From contig OX597816.1 in assembly GCA_951406725.2 (NCBI GenBank), positions 69,316,001-69,380,000 on the forward strand: a DNA stretch of 64,000 nucleotides, read 5' to 3'. The position numbers and the translations under genes were made by a program. The notes below the pieces were generated by a model, which searched no databases, was not told the DNA's origin, and was given only the letters and a program-made list of their open reading frames with translations. Numbering within the stretch: the stretch's first letter is position 1; every line of letters starts with the position of its first letter. Of the stretch, positions 40,457-52,040 are shown in pieces. The stretch is from Octopus vulgaris (taxonomy: Eukaryota).

Positions 40457-40672
40457 ATGTGGTAGTGCTGAAAAGTTCCTTGTTGTAAAGGTATCAGGAC
40501 AGACCTTGTTGGATGACCAGCCTTCCGGGTTGCTTTACTGGGTTTAGAAAAATTGAAGGACCACTGCAATAAGTGCATGAATCTGAGAGGGGAATATATT
40601 GAATAAAATCGTAATTAACTCATCCTCCTGTATCTTCTATTACCCAAAGCTAGGAAATTTCAGCACTCTCGC
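40457..40672 (+). mobile_element. Mariner-derived MITE (internal deletion derivative)
   Basis: TIR cores gtgctgaaaagttcct / aggaaatttcagcac; retains the mariner C-terminus GLEKLKDHCNKCMNLRGEYIE*. Confidence 0.75.
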
Positions 40673-43600
40673 CTATGCGTTATGCTAAATAATTACATTT
40701 CCGTGGTTCAAAGTCAAATCGTGCTAAACTTTTGGGAGAGCGTGATTTCATTTTATTTGCACTGTAAATAGGAAAGTTCAAACCTATTCCATACTAACCC
40801 ACTGTCCTCGTTTGGGGACAGTTTTATTTGGTTTAGTTACTGCAATAAAGGTTAACTGGATGCAAAATATTGTTTTTTGTATTAATTTAACCATTGTATT
40901 TGGTTTATTTACTGCAATACATGTTAACCGGATACTCCCGTATATTTATTATCCCTATTTATATAACTATCTTCCCAATTGCGGCAGGGTTAACCTGGGT
41001 TAAATTGGGTTAAGTTAGTAACATTTCGAAAACTTTGTTGTTAAGCTCTTATGTCCCTCAGCACCTTCTTTGGTGTTTACACATTTTATTCAAATTTATC
41101 GTTATTTTGTTTCACCAACGGTACGAAAGAGATCCATTCAATTTATCGATTGCTTTCATAAGTCAATAGCAATTCTGACCACGAACTTTAGGATCTGTAC
41201 ATTAAAACATGTTCAAACTGGAAGCTTAGCCAATATCTTATGAAACCTGACATGACAGAAAATTCATATCATAATAAAATCTGATAAATTGCACAACAAA
41301 CTAATAGATCATTATGATGAATATGTTCTATCATGTTACAGGAAGTTGTTTGACCGGCTTAACAACAACTCGTCAATTTCCGCTAAACTGTGATTATCTG
41401 AGCTGATTATTATGAAGTACCCCCAGCAGTTTCTACATCACATATGTAAACAGCGTGTGTAATTAGAAGGAAACCTCATATGGCTTTAAAAAAATCAATG
41501 AAGCATTAGTGTTGTATATACACGTACTCAGTCACCCACCCACATTCGTACACGCTCATGAACACCAGCTCACACGCGCATACACACACACATACACACA
41601 CGCACACACACATACACATACACACACATACATATACACACACACACACACAGAGTCATGATGTGCAAGACCCATTTTATTTATTTACAAAACATACGAA
41701 TTCCCATTTTCGTTTTTATTATACTTCTTAAGCGCACTGTTTATTGGTATCCCTATATTTATGAAAATATGTGGGCACATGATGCCTAAGTTAGCGGAAT
41801 TGCAATGTGCGTCGTAAACGAATTTTAATGTTCATTTCAGAGATTAGGTCGCTTCAGTAATTTATGTTTACATATTGTCCAATAATTCCAACGCCTCTTG
41901 ATGTTTCTTTTAATAATATTACATTTCTATTCAGTCTCTGAATTGTCTACCATTCGGGAAAACTAAAATCAGACTTCTACCTATTCATCCCTTCAGGCAT
42001 TCATTATTTGTTAGAAGTTATCCTAAATTTAATTTAGATGAAGATTTTCATTCTTCACTGGATTAAAACTGGCTGCCGCCCCATGATAAAAACTGGATAT
42101 CAGACCGATTCCATAGACAAGTTATTTTACATGATATTCATGAGAGCTGGTTTTAGAATCCATGTAGTAAAGCACCCTGATAGCAATTGCATCCAGTTTA
42201 CACGAAATTACTTCACAATTTCTTGCAAACAATCGTAAATCTCATTGTGCATTTAATTCTCAGATAAACGAAACTGTGATAGATTTAGCAGTAACCGAAT
42301 GTATAGTAGAATATGAATCGAATTATTTATCAAATGACCATTGATTATAAATCAGATCAAACAATAGTAACTACAAGAACTGCTCAGATATGCAGTTAGT
42401 AATTAGTCTAGAAGCGACAATGTTTGTTCATCGCACCGGAAACAAGCTCTCGAACGGTTTGGGGATATCTAATTGAGAAACATCACAGAAATTATCTTTT
42501 TAACAGTTCTTGAAATTAGGTGGCAATCAACGCTACAAAAGTTGTTCTTTCTCCGTTCGAAATGGTGCCAAGATTATATCTAAGGGATACCAAAAGAAAA
42601 AAAAAAGAGAAAAAGAAAAAAATCGCATCTTGTGTAATGAGTTCAAATAAGTATGAAAATATCGTAATTATATCTCTTCATTCAAAATATATCGCCATCG
42701 TTTACAATAATATTTTCCGACTTTGAAATCGGTTTTCTTACTCCTAGGGCAAAACAATATCAAGATCTCAAGTAAAGTGTTCATTTGACCTGAATAAGTA
42801 AGAATCTGATGTTGCTTGAAAGGTTGGGTAACAAGGGTGAGGTAAAACTTCCTAAGTGTCATGAATTTGCAGTTTGTGTTAACTTCGCTGAATGTAGCTT
42901 TGCATTATCAAGTAACGGGATAAAAATTTGCTGTTCACGAGACCTGGGTAATAGCTACTGGTTCTTACGCATGATGTTGGTATAGAGTATCAATTTGTCA
43001 CATGTTGATGTCGGACAATCATTAGAGAGAGGCTGGCTATAATCACCGTAATATTTATGTATGTAACGAGCTAGTTACGAGTTCACAATCAGTGCTGGAC
43101 TATGTTTCCATAGTAGATATTCCTTTGATTGGAACTGCTGTTTCTCTGAGTTTTAGTTGGAGTATTTCAGAACTGAGTGTTTCTTCCTACATAATTTCCA
43201 AGCAGAAATAGGATGACAAAGTGAAAAGATTACGGTTGTCATTTTCAATCCAGCGTGGTTCATGTGCTTCTGTGTACTTATTTTCATTCTCCAGAATTGG
43301 GTGATACTCGAAGCAAAGTTAAAATATATTTATCATAGATCACAGGTGGGTGGATTGAGCAAAGCACCTCATGGTTTCAAGGCCAGTTTTATAACCTGCC
43401 GTTTATATATGCGTTTAATAAAAAAATTGTTTCTTCAAGGTACTTGAGTACGTTATCTCTATTAGGCTATCTCTCAGCATAGCTACAGTCTAGAAGTTGA
43501 AGCCATTAAAATAAGCATAAAATGATAGCAATATTAGGCTATAATAATTCAGATATTCCAATGAATAAAATGAGACTTTTTTTCGATATAATTTCAATTT

Positions 43601-43828
43601 AAAATATTTACAAAAATTCGATGTAACGGTAATAATCCCAGTTCAAAAATATATTCCGAATGAAAATCAATAGAATTTATCAGTATTCGATAAGATCAAA
43701 GGTTTATTGCGATATATTATATATTCATTAGGAATTTTATTATCATAAAATCATTGCCTAAAAATACATAAACACAACGCACAAACGTACATGTTCTCAT
43801 GCGCGCGCAAACACACATACACACGCAC

Positions 43829-43872
<44 letters not shown>

Positions 43873-44519
43873 TGTTGGCTTCACCAAGGTAAAGTAGGAG
43901 CGAATAGTGGCAAAGACTGCCTTGTCCAAGCCTTAATCCTTTATGAAAGTGTCTAGAAATCATGTCCTCTCACAACTACAAACTTGTGATCATTAGCATA
44001 TACCAGCGCATATCCTTTTATTTTTCAACAGTCACCAGCACATCGTCCACTGTCTAATGTCTCCTTGATTTCCATACATATAATTACAGAGGATCGCCCA
44101 ATGCCATCATTTGAAATTTTCCTAAATAATTTATATTCAATTATCTCTCATTAAAATATCTCAATGATAGCAGTAGCAACCTCACACATTTATGACCCAA
44201 TATATAACGTCACGTATTTAATAATCTCTTTCCGCTTCCTTCTTTCAGCTGAAATTCATGATTATGGCATCATCGTTTCGGATGAATATGCTATTCTCTC
44301 CCTAACACAGGGTACAAAAAGGGATCATACACATTTTCTTCCTTAACAATACGTCACCTGTTGCAAAAAGAATCTTACTTTATCCAAAACCCATAAATTC
44401 CTATGCGCGAATTTCTACGTAACGCTTTCCAAATGTTCTTCGAACCCTCTATTTTGATCACCTCAATATTTGTATATCATAATTACTCGAGATCAACTGG
44501 AAACTAACTAAACTACGAA

Positions 44520-44566
<47 letters not shown>

Positions 44567-45239
44567 AACGCGCACATACAAACGTGTGCGTGCGTGTGTG
44601 TGTGAGTGCGTGCGTGTATATGCATGTATATATGGATATATGTATGTGTATGCATGCGTTTATACATTACTATGATTCTACGTATTTGTTGAAAAGTAGA
44701 TTTTTGAGAGCGTGTGATTGTTTCGATAATGTAGATATGAATGGCGACGGAGCTGGACGGTGGCTTATACGGGATAACAAAGAGCTCTATTGTGTTTCAT
44801 AAAACGGTCTCGTTTTTGTAATAGAACTGAATCAGTTGTCATAGAATTGTATCAACAGTCTGAACTGTATTGAGCAGACACAACGCAGTTCGATTTATTT
44901 CATAGGTTGGCAAAAGTTAAACAAGTCTAAAATATTCAAGTGATTTTCAGCGTTTATGTACGCCTAGTGTCAGTAGTCCCGGAGTAAAATTGAGAGCGAG
45001 AAATTTGGGAAATTTGACATATAAATAAGTTTTGTTTATTCATAATACATTTACATCAACATTTCTTATTCTACGTGGTTTGACATACTGATTTTTATAC
45101 ATGAGATGTAGCAAACACATAAGACTTCATAATTCTAGTCGTTGTACCTCTTCAGTCATGGAATTCACAAGGCGGCTATCCAATCTCCATGACGTGTTTG
45201 AGTGATCGAAGCAACTATATTTTCCTACACCCCTCTGAA

Positions 45240-45470
45240 TGGGACTCAGGGACATCTTAATGTCCAAAGGCAGAGGTTTTTGAGAGGAGGAGACAAGTCG
45301 AGTACATCGGCCCCAACGATTGACTGTTCCTTTACACCATCGATCCTCGAAGGCATAAAGTGCAAATTTGACTTCCATGGGATTGGAACTTAGAACGTAC
45401 AGAACCATAAGAATTACCACTAAGCGTGTTTCCTGAAGTCTTAATGATTCTGCCTGCTCGCCGCCTAATC
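45240..45470 (-). mobile_element. Decayed SINE family B
   Basis: ggattggaacttagaacgta...gattctgcctgctcgccgcct. Confidence 0.6.
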
Positions 45471-46982
45471 CAAGTTTTGTCAGGTCATGCTATGTTTTTA
45501 TTTAGCCGAATGACTGTCCACCCTAAATATTCTCTTACAGGATTGATTACTGCGTTTCTATTAAAATGCCCACAGTCTCTAAGTCAGGCATTCGTTTATA
45601 TCTAAATTCTTTCAAATCCTGCGGCTGCAAATATTCCACTTCCTGACACCAGCTTAAAAGAGCCGAGAAAACTAAATTTATCTCGGTTCTTAAATATCTT
45701 TTAAGAAAACATTGACAACAGCTAGGAAAAAAACGTATTGTTGATACTACTTTCATTTCAGAATCATTAGAAATTATCTTTCAGATTTTCTTTATCATTA
45801 GTAATGTACAACTAGGGTTTCCTTATCTGCATAAACGGTTAACATAGATCCAATATTTTTAACGTTATTTTCATTGCCCAACTGAACAATTTACTCGAAA
45901 ATTCATACAATACTTGCTCTTGCACTCTTTAAACTTATGATGAAAATATTTTTAAACAAGATTACACCATGAGACTAATAACACCATTTAGTTTACATTA
46001 TATACCATATGACTTTTTCAATTCACTTTACATATTTCCAAATTTTCGTACCTGTTCAGCGAACAATTTTCTGAGCCCTGTGGGCACTGGGATTCATTTT
46101 AAAATATTAAATACATTTTGAAAAGGTTATGTATTTTACAGTTTATGCACCTATTTCTTCCTCTGTATTTTCTTTACTCAATTCGCTCCTATTCGATTTC
46201 TAATCTCCCTTCATTCACTCTTCCTCTCCAACCAACAGTAACTAATATCAATAATGCGATTCGTATTTTTCTTAAAATAATTCTCTCATTACAATTTGAT
46301 AATTGGAATGATAAAACATTAGTTCTGGTAATCCTGAGTGTTTCAACATATATTTCTTTCAAAGGGATACTATTCTTATAGTTTGAAGTTCTTGCTCTTT
46401 TTGTACTCCAGCAATACAGCAACCTACTAAAACGTATATATATATATATATATATATGCGTGTTTGTGTGTGTGTGTGTATACGTATATATATATAAACA
46501 CACACATATATAAATTTTTAGATATATATGCATGCGTGTGTGTATGCAGGTATGTATGTATGTATGTATAGTGTTTATACGTCTGAGAAGCGAAGGGAGT
46601 TACCAGTGGATTCATTATAAATGGAAAGGAAAATATGGAAATTTACCATAATAGCCCGAAGAATGAACCTAGATATAATGTTGTTTGTTGCAGCGTATTG
46701 ATAACATATTATTTGTTTCTTTTGATAAGCTGACCTGGATTAAAATCACATCAGATAACCTATTGATTTCTTTCACACATGGCTGAAACTGGGCCACATG
46801 TCAAAGGGTTTTATATTTCGTAGACTACAATTAGTCAGATATCCAGAAATGGTTTATATATATATGCATATACATATATACATACATACATATATATATA
46901 AACACGATATGCGAATATGCATATGCATATATATATATATATACATACATATATATATAAACACGATATGCGAATATGCATA

Positions 46983-47030
<48 letters not shown>

Positions 47031-47088
47031 CATTTATGTATACATGTATATGCACAAACACATGTACATATATATGCAAACACGCTGT

Positions 47089-47830
47089 ATGGTTATCACC
47101 GGGCTTGCTTTTGCTTTTATTATTCCTGAAACTTTCGTCCGCTATGTTGTCTGGCATATTCATCAATCAATAAAAGGTGGCGAGCTGGTAGAATCGTTAG
47201 CACGCCGGGCGAAATGCTTAGCGGTATTTCGTCTGCCGCTACGTTCTGAGTTCAAATTCCGCCGAGGTCGACTTTGCCTTTCATCCTTTCGGTGTCGATA
47301 AATAAAGTACCAGTTTGGCACTGGGGTCGATGTAATCGACTTAATCCCTTTGTCTGTCCTTATTTGTCCCCTCTATGTTTAGCCTCTTGTGGGTAGTAAA
47401 GAAATATATTCATCAATCAATCCAAAGCAATGAAAAATAAGGTGATATATGTCATAGAGAATTATTCGCACATTTTCCGGAAAATTGTAGCCAAAAATAT
47501 TCATTTCTGGTCGCAAATACTAATTTGTAGCTACGCTCATTCATTTCTGGTTGCCTATTTTATTAAGTTCAACACTTAATGAAGACTACGCGGACTAATA
47601 AGCAAATCTGACACAGCAAATGCCATTGTCATTTTCTCAGCTATTACACATCTAGTGTTAAATTATTTGATTTTTCTCTCTATGTTAACTTCTAAGAGCC
47701 TTAGTGGTTATTTCTATCAAATTCAATTCAAATTCCATTCCTGGAGGCACTCTTGATGGCCTTAAGTAAAATATATTAATCTGGACGCTATCCTTGCGTT
47801 ATATTGGTAAAACTTTGAATAAACCTTACG
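47089..47830 (+). repeat. Diverged local duplication, copy 1 (copy 2 at 51520-52040)
   Basis: atggttatcaccgggcttgctttt...agagaattattcg...tttctatcaaattcaattcaaa...tattaatctggac occurs in both copies. Confidence 0.8.
47176..47405 (+). mobile_element. SINE family B with 16-bp TSD
   Basis: TSD atattcatcaatcaat at 47156-47171 and 47406-47421; empty site in the paralogous copy at ~51589-51602. Confidence 0.93.
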
Positions 47831-47862
47831 TGTAAGATTGTTCTAGGTTGTTAAGGGTTTTT

Positions 47863-47917
<55 letters not shown>

Positions 47918-47919
47918 TA

Positions 47920-48320
47920 ACTCTTTACTCTTTTACTTGTTTCAGTCATTTGACTGCGGCCATGCTGGAGCACCACCTTTAGTCGAGCAAACTCGACCCC
48001 GGGACTTATTCTTTGTAAGCCCAGTACTTATTCTATCGGTCACTTTTACCAAACCGCTAAGTGACGGGGACATAAACACACCAGCATCGGTTGTCAAGCA
48101 TTGCTAGTGGGACAAACACAGACACACACACACACATATATATATATACATATATACGACAGACTTCTTTCAGTTTCCGTCTACCAAATCCACTCACAAG
48201 GCATTGGTCGGCCCGGGGCTATAGCAGAAGACACTTGCCCAAGATGCCACGCAGTGGGACTGAACCCGGAACCATGTGGTTGGTTAGCAAGCTACTTACC
48301 ACACAGCCAATCCTGCGCCT
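47920..48320 (-). mobile_element. SINE family A, full length
   Basis: Complete tail-to-head match with 38035-38470. Confidence 0.92.
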
Positions 48321-49493
48321 ATAAATGGAGTTAAACGCTGGTGTTTTTCAAATTCTGATACTTCCGATATATGTTTCGAAAACAGCATTGGTATTATTCC
48401 AAAGGAATAAAATGGTGAAAAACAATGCAATCTTCTCATCAGAAGATTATAATGTGATGGATGTGTATAATGATGAACGGAACGCTATTAAGTTTTATTT
48501 TTAAAAAACGTTAGAAGATATAATGTCAAAGGTATCCTATAGAAAAAGAAGGCGTAAAGGATAGGAATAAGCAGAAAACTAATAAAGGAGAAATATAGAG
48601 CGATATGTGAATTCAAAGAAAAGCTTAAAGGCTTGGAATAGGATATATCTAGTGGAAGTGAAATGTAAGAAAATCGATGCTCAAATTATGGATAATGGTA
48701 GATATCACTTATATGAACTAAAGGTGTATTTCTGTCAATGTTTACATCGATAAGCACGCCCTATAACTGTTTACAAGAGGATTCTTAGAAAATAGAATAG
48801 AAAATAGTTCACTATTACAGAGTTGGCAGAATTCTTTGCCTTTATCAGATGGAAATGAAATGGAGAGAATCAAGCAATCTAAATTAAATTGTTTATTATG
48901 GTCTTAGATAACAAATTAATTTACTGAGCCCTGTAATGTTGCATTTATTACTATCCCCAAATGTATAGTAACGATTAGAAATTCTTTTAGATAAGTGAGA
49001 AGAAGAACTACCTCTATAAAAAAAGACATCGGCACCTGAAGTAATTTCACACTGGTATATAGAGTTTTTAGTCATAGAATTACTAGACATAAACTTAATT
49101 CTGTTGGAATTGATTTCAGAGAAAATAACCTTGGTGGCTAGTATTAGCTAAATTCATGTTCTTTCAATTCACATATCGCTCTATATTTCTCCTTTATTAT
49201 TTTTCTGTTTATTTCTTTCCTTTACCCCCTTCTCTTTCTATAGGCTACCTTTGACGTTATATCATCTAACCTTTTTTTAAACACTTAATAGCTTTCCGTT
49301 CAGAATTATACACATCAATCACATTCTGTTAATGTGTCTTATTGATGAGTTTGGTTTGTTTCTTTTTATCCATAAGGATAAGTTTACATTGTTTTACACC
49401 ATTTTATTCCATTGGAATACTACCAATGATGTCTTCGAAACATATGTCGGAAGTAAATGAATTTGAATAACACGTGCGTTTAACTCCATTTAT
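48321..49493 (-). mobile_element. Decayed Penelope-like element: 3' ORF remnant flanked by ~300-bp inverted repeats bearing an HHR remnant
   Basis: 48321-48620 is the diverged reverse complement of 49159-49493. The spacer encodes a GIY-YIG remnant. HHR remnant at 48361-48445 (-), with its 3' half again at 49431-49453 (+). Confidence 0.8.
48706..49090 (-). pseudogene. Penelope-type GIY-YIG endonuclease C-terminal remnant
   Basis: KNSIYQCEIT..FFYRGSSS..LSKRISNRYYTF..NITGLSKLI, then FCQLCNSELFSILFSKNPLVNS and YRCKH. This follows the IY.C / YIG / R..NH..F / T.LS / C.LC..E / C.H pattern of PLE endonucleases. Stops and frameshifts present. Confidence 0.75.
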
Positions 49494-49696
49494 TTCTTCA
49501 TATATATTATACAAAATATTTCACATCAAGCCGGAGTTTCTACCTTTACAAACAGGGTGTTACGTCCTTATTGTGTGATTTTTTGCAGCCCTGGTAACAG
49601 TTTATCAATTTTTTCCGTGTTAATTGTAAAGAAGGGAAAAATATAGATAGACAGACAGATCAATGAATAGATAGATAGATAGATATACATACATAT

Positions 49697-49743
<47 letters not shown>

Positions 49744-50110
49744 CATAAGTTCGGTGTGTGGTAAAGTGAATTTTTTTACTATACCATATTTTTATAAATT
49801 AATACTTCAAATATACCGTAAATGGTCTTTACATACCGAATACTGCTTGGTCGAATTTATTAACTATTAATTAATTCTACCCCTTTTTTGATGACAATAT
49901 AATACTTTATCTCCAAGAATTTGAACTGCAGTTTTTACCTCTGTAGAAATGTAATGCTCTATGACTCACGTGGGTGGACAGGGAGAATAATAGATCTCAT
50001 TCGTATTTTTGGATTCGCTAGTACTGGGTGTCTGGCATGGTTTGTCCGATTTTACAGATATCGGACGGGTATGTTTGATTCTTAGTATTTTCAAATCTAA
50101 ATCGGAAGAA

Positions 50111-50178
50111 ATCTCTGAGCTGATGAAGGAAAAGTGGCGTTTTACCCACAAATCCAGAAACAGACTGTCCTCGGGTAT
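50111..50178 (+). ncRNA. Type I hammerhead ribozyme, unit 1
   Basis: Stem I tctgag/ctcggg; CTGATGA (50120-50126); stem II gga..tcc extended by gtgg..ccac, with an A.A pair at its base; GAAA (50157-50160); stem III ACAG-a-CTGT; GUC triplet with predicted cut after 50169. Confidence 0.82.
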
Positions 50179-50670
50179 CGTATATGGATGTGATCTTTCA
50201 TTGTTTTTCCCTTATACCTATGTGAGTTATTTTCTGAGTATGCATTGTCTGGAGACTTTTATTTGCAGTTGAAGAAATAGCCAAACTTTTGGCTGCTATT
50301 TCTGAAAAGTTCGGTGTGTGGTAAAGTGAATTTTTTTACTTTACCATATTTTTATAAATTAATACTTCAAATATACCGTAAATGGTCTTTACATACCGAA
50401 TACTGCTTGGTCGAATTTATTAACTATTAATTAATTCTACCCCTTTTTTGGTGACAATATAATACTTTATCTCCAAGAATTTGAACTGCAGTTTTTACCT
50501 CTGTAGAAATGTAATTCTCTATGACTCACGTGGGTGGACAGGGAGGATAATAGATCTCATTCGTATTTTTGGATTCGCTAGTACTGGGTGTCTGGCATGA
50601 TTTGTCCGATGTTACAGATATCGGACGGGTATGTTTGATTCTTAGTATTTTCAAATCTAAATCGGAAGAA

Positions 50671-50738
50671 ATCTCTGAGCTGATGAAGGAAAAGTGGCGT
50701 TTTACCCACAAATCCAGAAACAGACTGTCCTCGGGTAT
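50671..50738 (+). ncRNA. Type I hammerhead ribozyme, unit 2
   Basis: Identical to unit 1; predicted cut after 50729. Confidence 0.82.
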
Positions 50739-51230
50739 CGTATATGGATGTGATCTTTCATTGTTTTTCCCTTATACCTATGTGAGTTATTTTCTGAGTA
50801 TGCATTGTCTGGAGACTTTTATTTGCAGTTGAAGAAATAGCCAAACTTTTGGCTGCTATTTCTGAAAAGTTCGGTGTGTGGTAAAGTGAATTTTTTTACT
50901 TTACCATATTTTTATAAATTAATACTTCAAATATACCGTAAATGGTCTTTACATACCGAATACTGCTTGGTCGAATTTATTAACTATTAATTAATTCTAC
51001 CCCTTTTTTGATGACAATATAATACTTTATCTCCAAGAATTTGAACTGCAGTTTTTACCTCTGTAGAAATGTAATGCTCTATGACTCACGTGGGTGGACA
51101 GGGAGAATAATAGATCTCATTCGTATTTTTGGATTCGCTAGTACTGGGTGTCTGGCATGGTTTGTCCGATGTTACAGATATCGGACGGGTATGTTTGATT
51201 CTTAGTATTTTCAAATCTAAATCGGAAGAA

Positions 51231-51298
51231 ATCTCTGAGCTGATGAAGGAAAAGTGGCGTTTTACCCACAAATCCAGAAACAGACTGTCCTCGGGTAT
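51231..51298 (+). ncRNA. Type I hammerhead ribozyme, unit 3
   Basis: Identical to unit 1; predicted cut after 51289. Confidence 0.82.
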
Positions 51299-51519
51299 CG
51301 TATATGGATGTGATCTTTCATTGTTTTTCCCTTATACCTATGTGAGTTATTTTCTGAGTATGCATTGTCTGGAGACTTTTATTTGCAGTTGAAGAAATAG
51401 CCAAACTTTTGGCTGCTATTTCTGAAAAGTTCGGTGTGTGGTAAAGTGAATTTTTTTACTTTACCATATTTTTATAAATTAATACTTTATATACATATAC
51501 ATATACAGGCACACACTTG

Positions 51520-52040
51520 ATGGTTGTCATCGGGCTTGCTTTTGTGTTTGTTATGCCTAAAAGTTTTGTCCACTATGTCGACTGTCTTATTCACCAGTCA
51601 ATCAAAAACAATAGAAAATGAATTAGATGGTTGTTATGATATATGCCAAAGAGAATTATTCGGACATTTTCCGAAAAAAATGTATCCAAAGATATTCATT
51701 TCAGGTCGCCTATGTTATTTAATTCAACACGAAATGAACACAACGTCGACCAATAAGCAAATTCGACACGGCCATGGCCACCGGTTTTTCTCAGCTATTG
51801 TTTATCTAGGGTTTAATTATCCAATTTTCCCCTCTATGTTCGTTTCTTGGTGGTTATCTCTATGAAATTCATTTCACACTAATTATCTAATTTTTCTCTC
51901 TATGTTAGCTTCTAAGAGTCTTAGTAGTTATTTCTATCAAATTCAATTCAAACTCAATTCTGGAGATACCCTGGATGTCTTTAAGTACAATATATTAATC
52001 TGGACACTACCCCCACCTTATATTGATAAAAACTTCTAAG
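51520..52040 (+). repeat. Diverged local duplication, copy 2
   Basis: Aligns by eye to 47089-47830 without the SINE B insert. Confidence 0.8.

Larger units (their letters stand above)
49747..51487 (+). repeat. Tandem array of 3 x 560 bp plus 61 bp, ~99% identical, one HHR per unit (retrozyme-like)
   Basis: aagttcggtgtgtggtaaag recurs at 49747, 50307, 50867 and 51427. About six substitutions seen among units. Flanked by (TA)/(TACA) microsatellite on both sides. Confidence 0.97.

Noticed and set aside
46860-46990. 60-bp tandem duplication containing aaacacgatatgcgaatatgc
   Set aside because: Ordinary slippage within a compound microsatellite.
50009-51392. Repeated 87-aa (+) and 61-aa (-) ORFs in the 560-bp units
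   Set aside because: No ATG start (TTG starts), no recognisable domain, and the recurrence only reflects the tandem duplication.
49747-51487. CRISPR-like array interpretation
   Set aside because: Whole units repeat with no variable spacers, and the context is eukaryotic.
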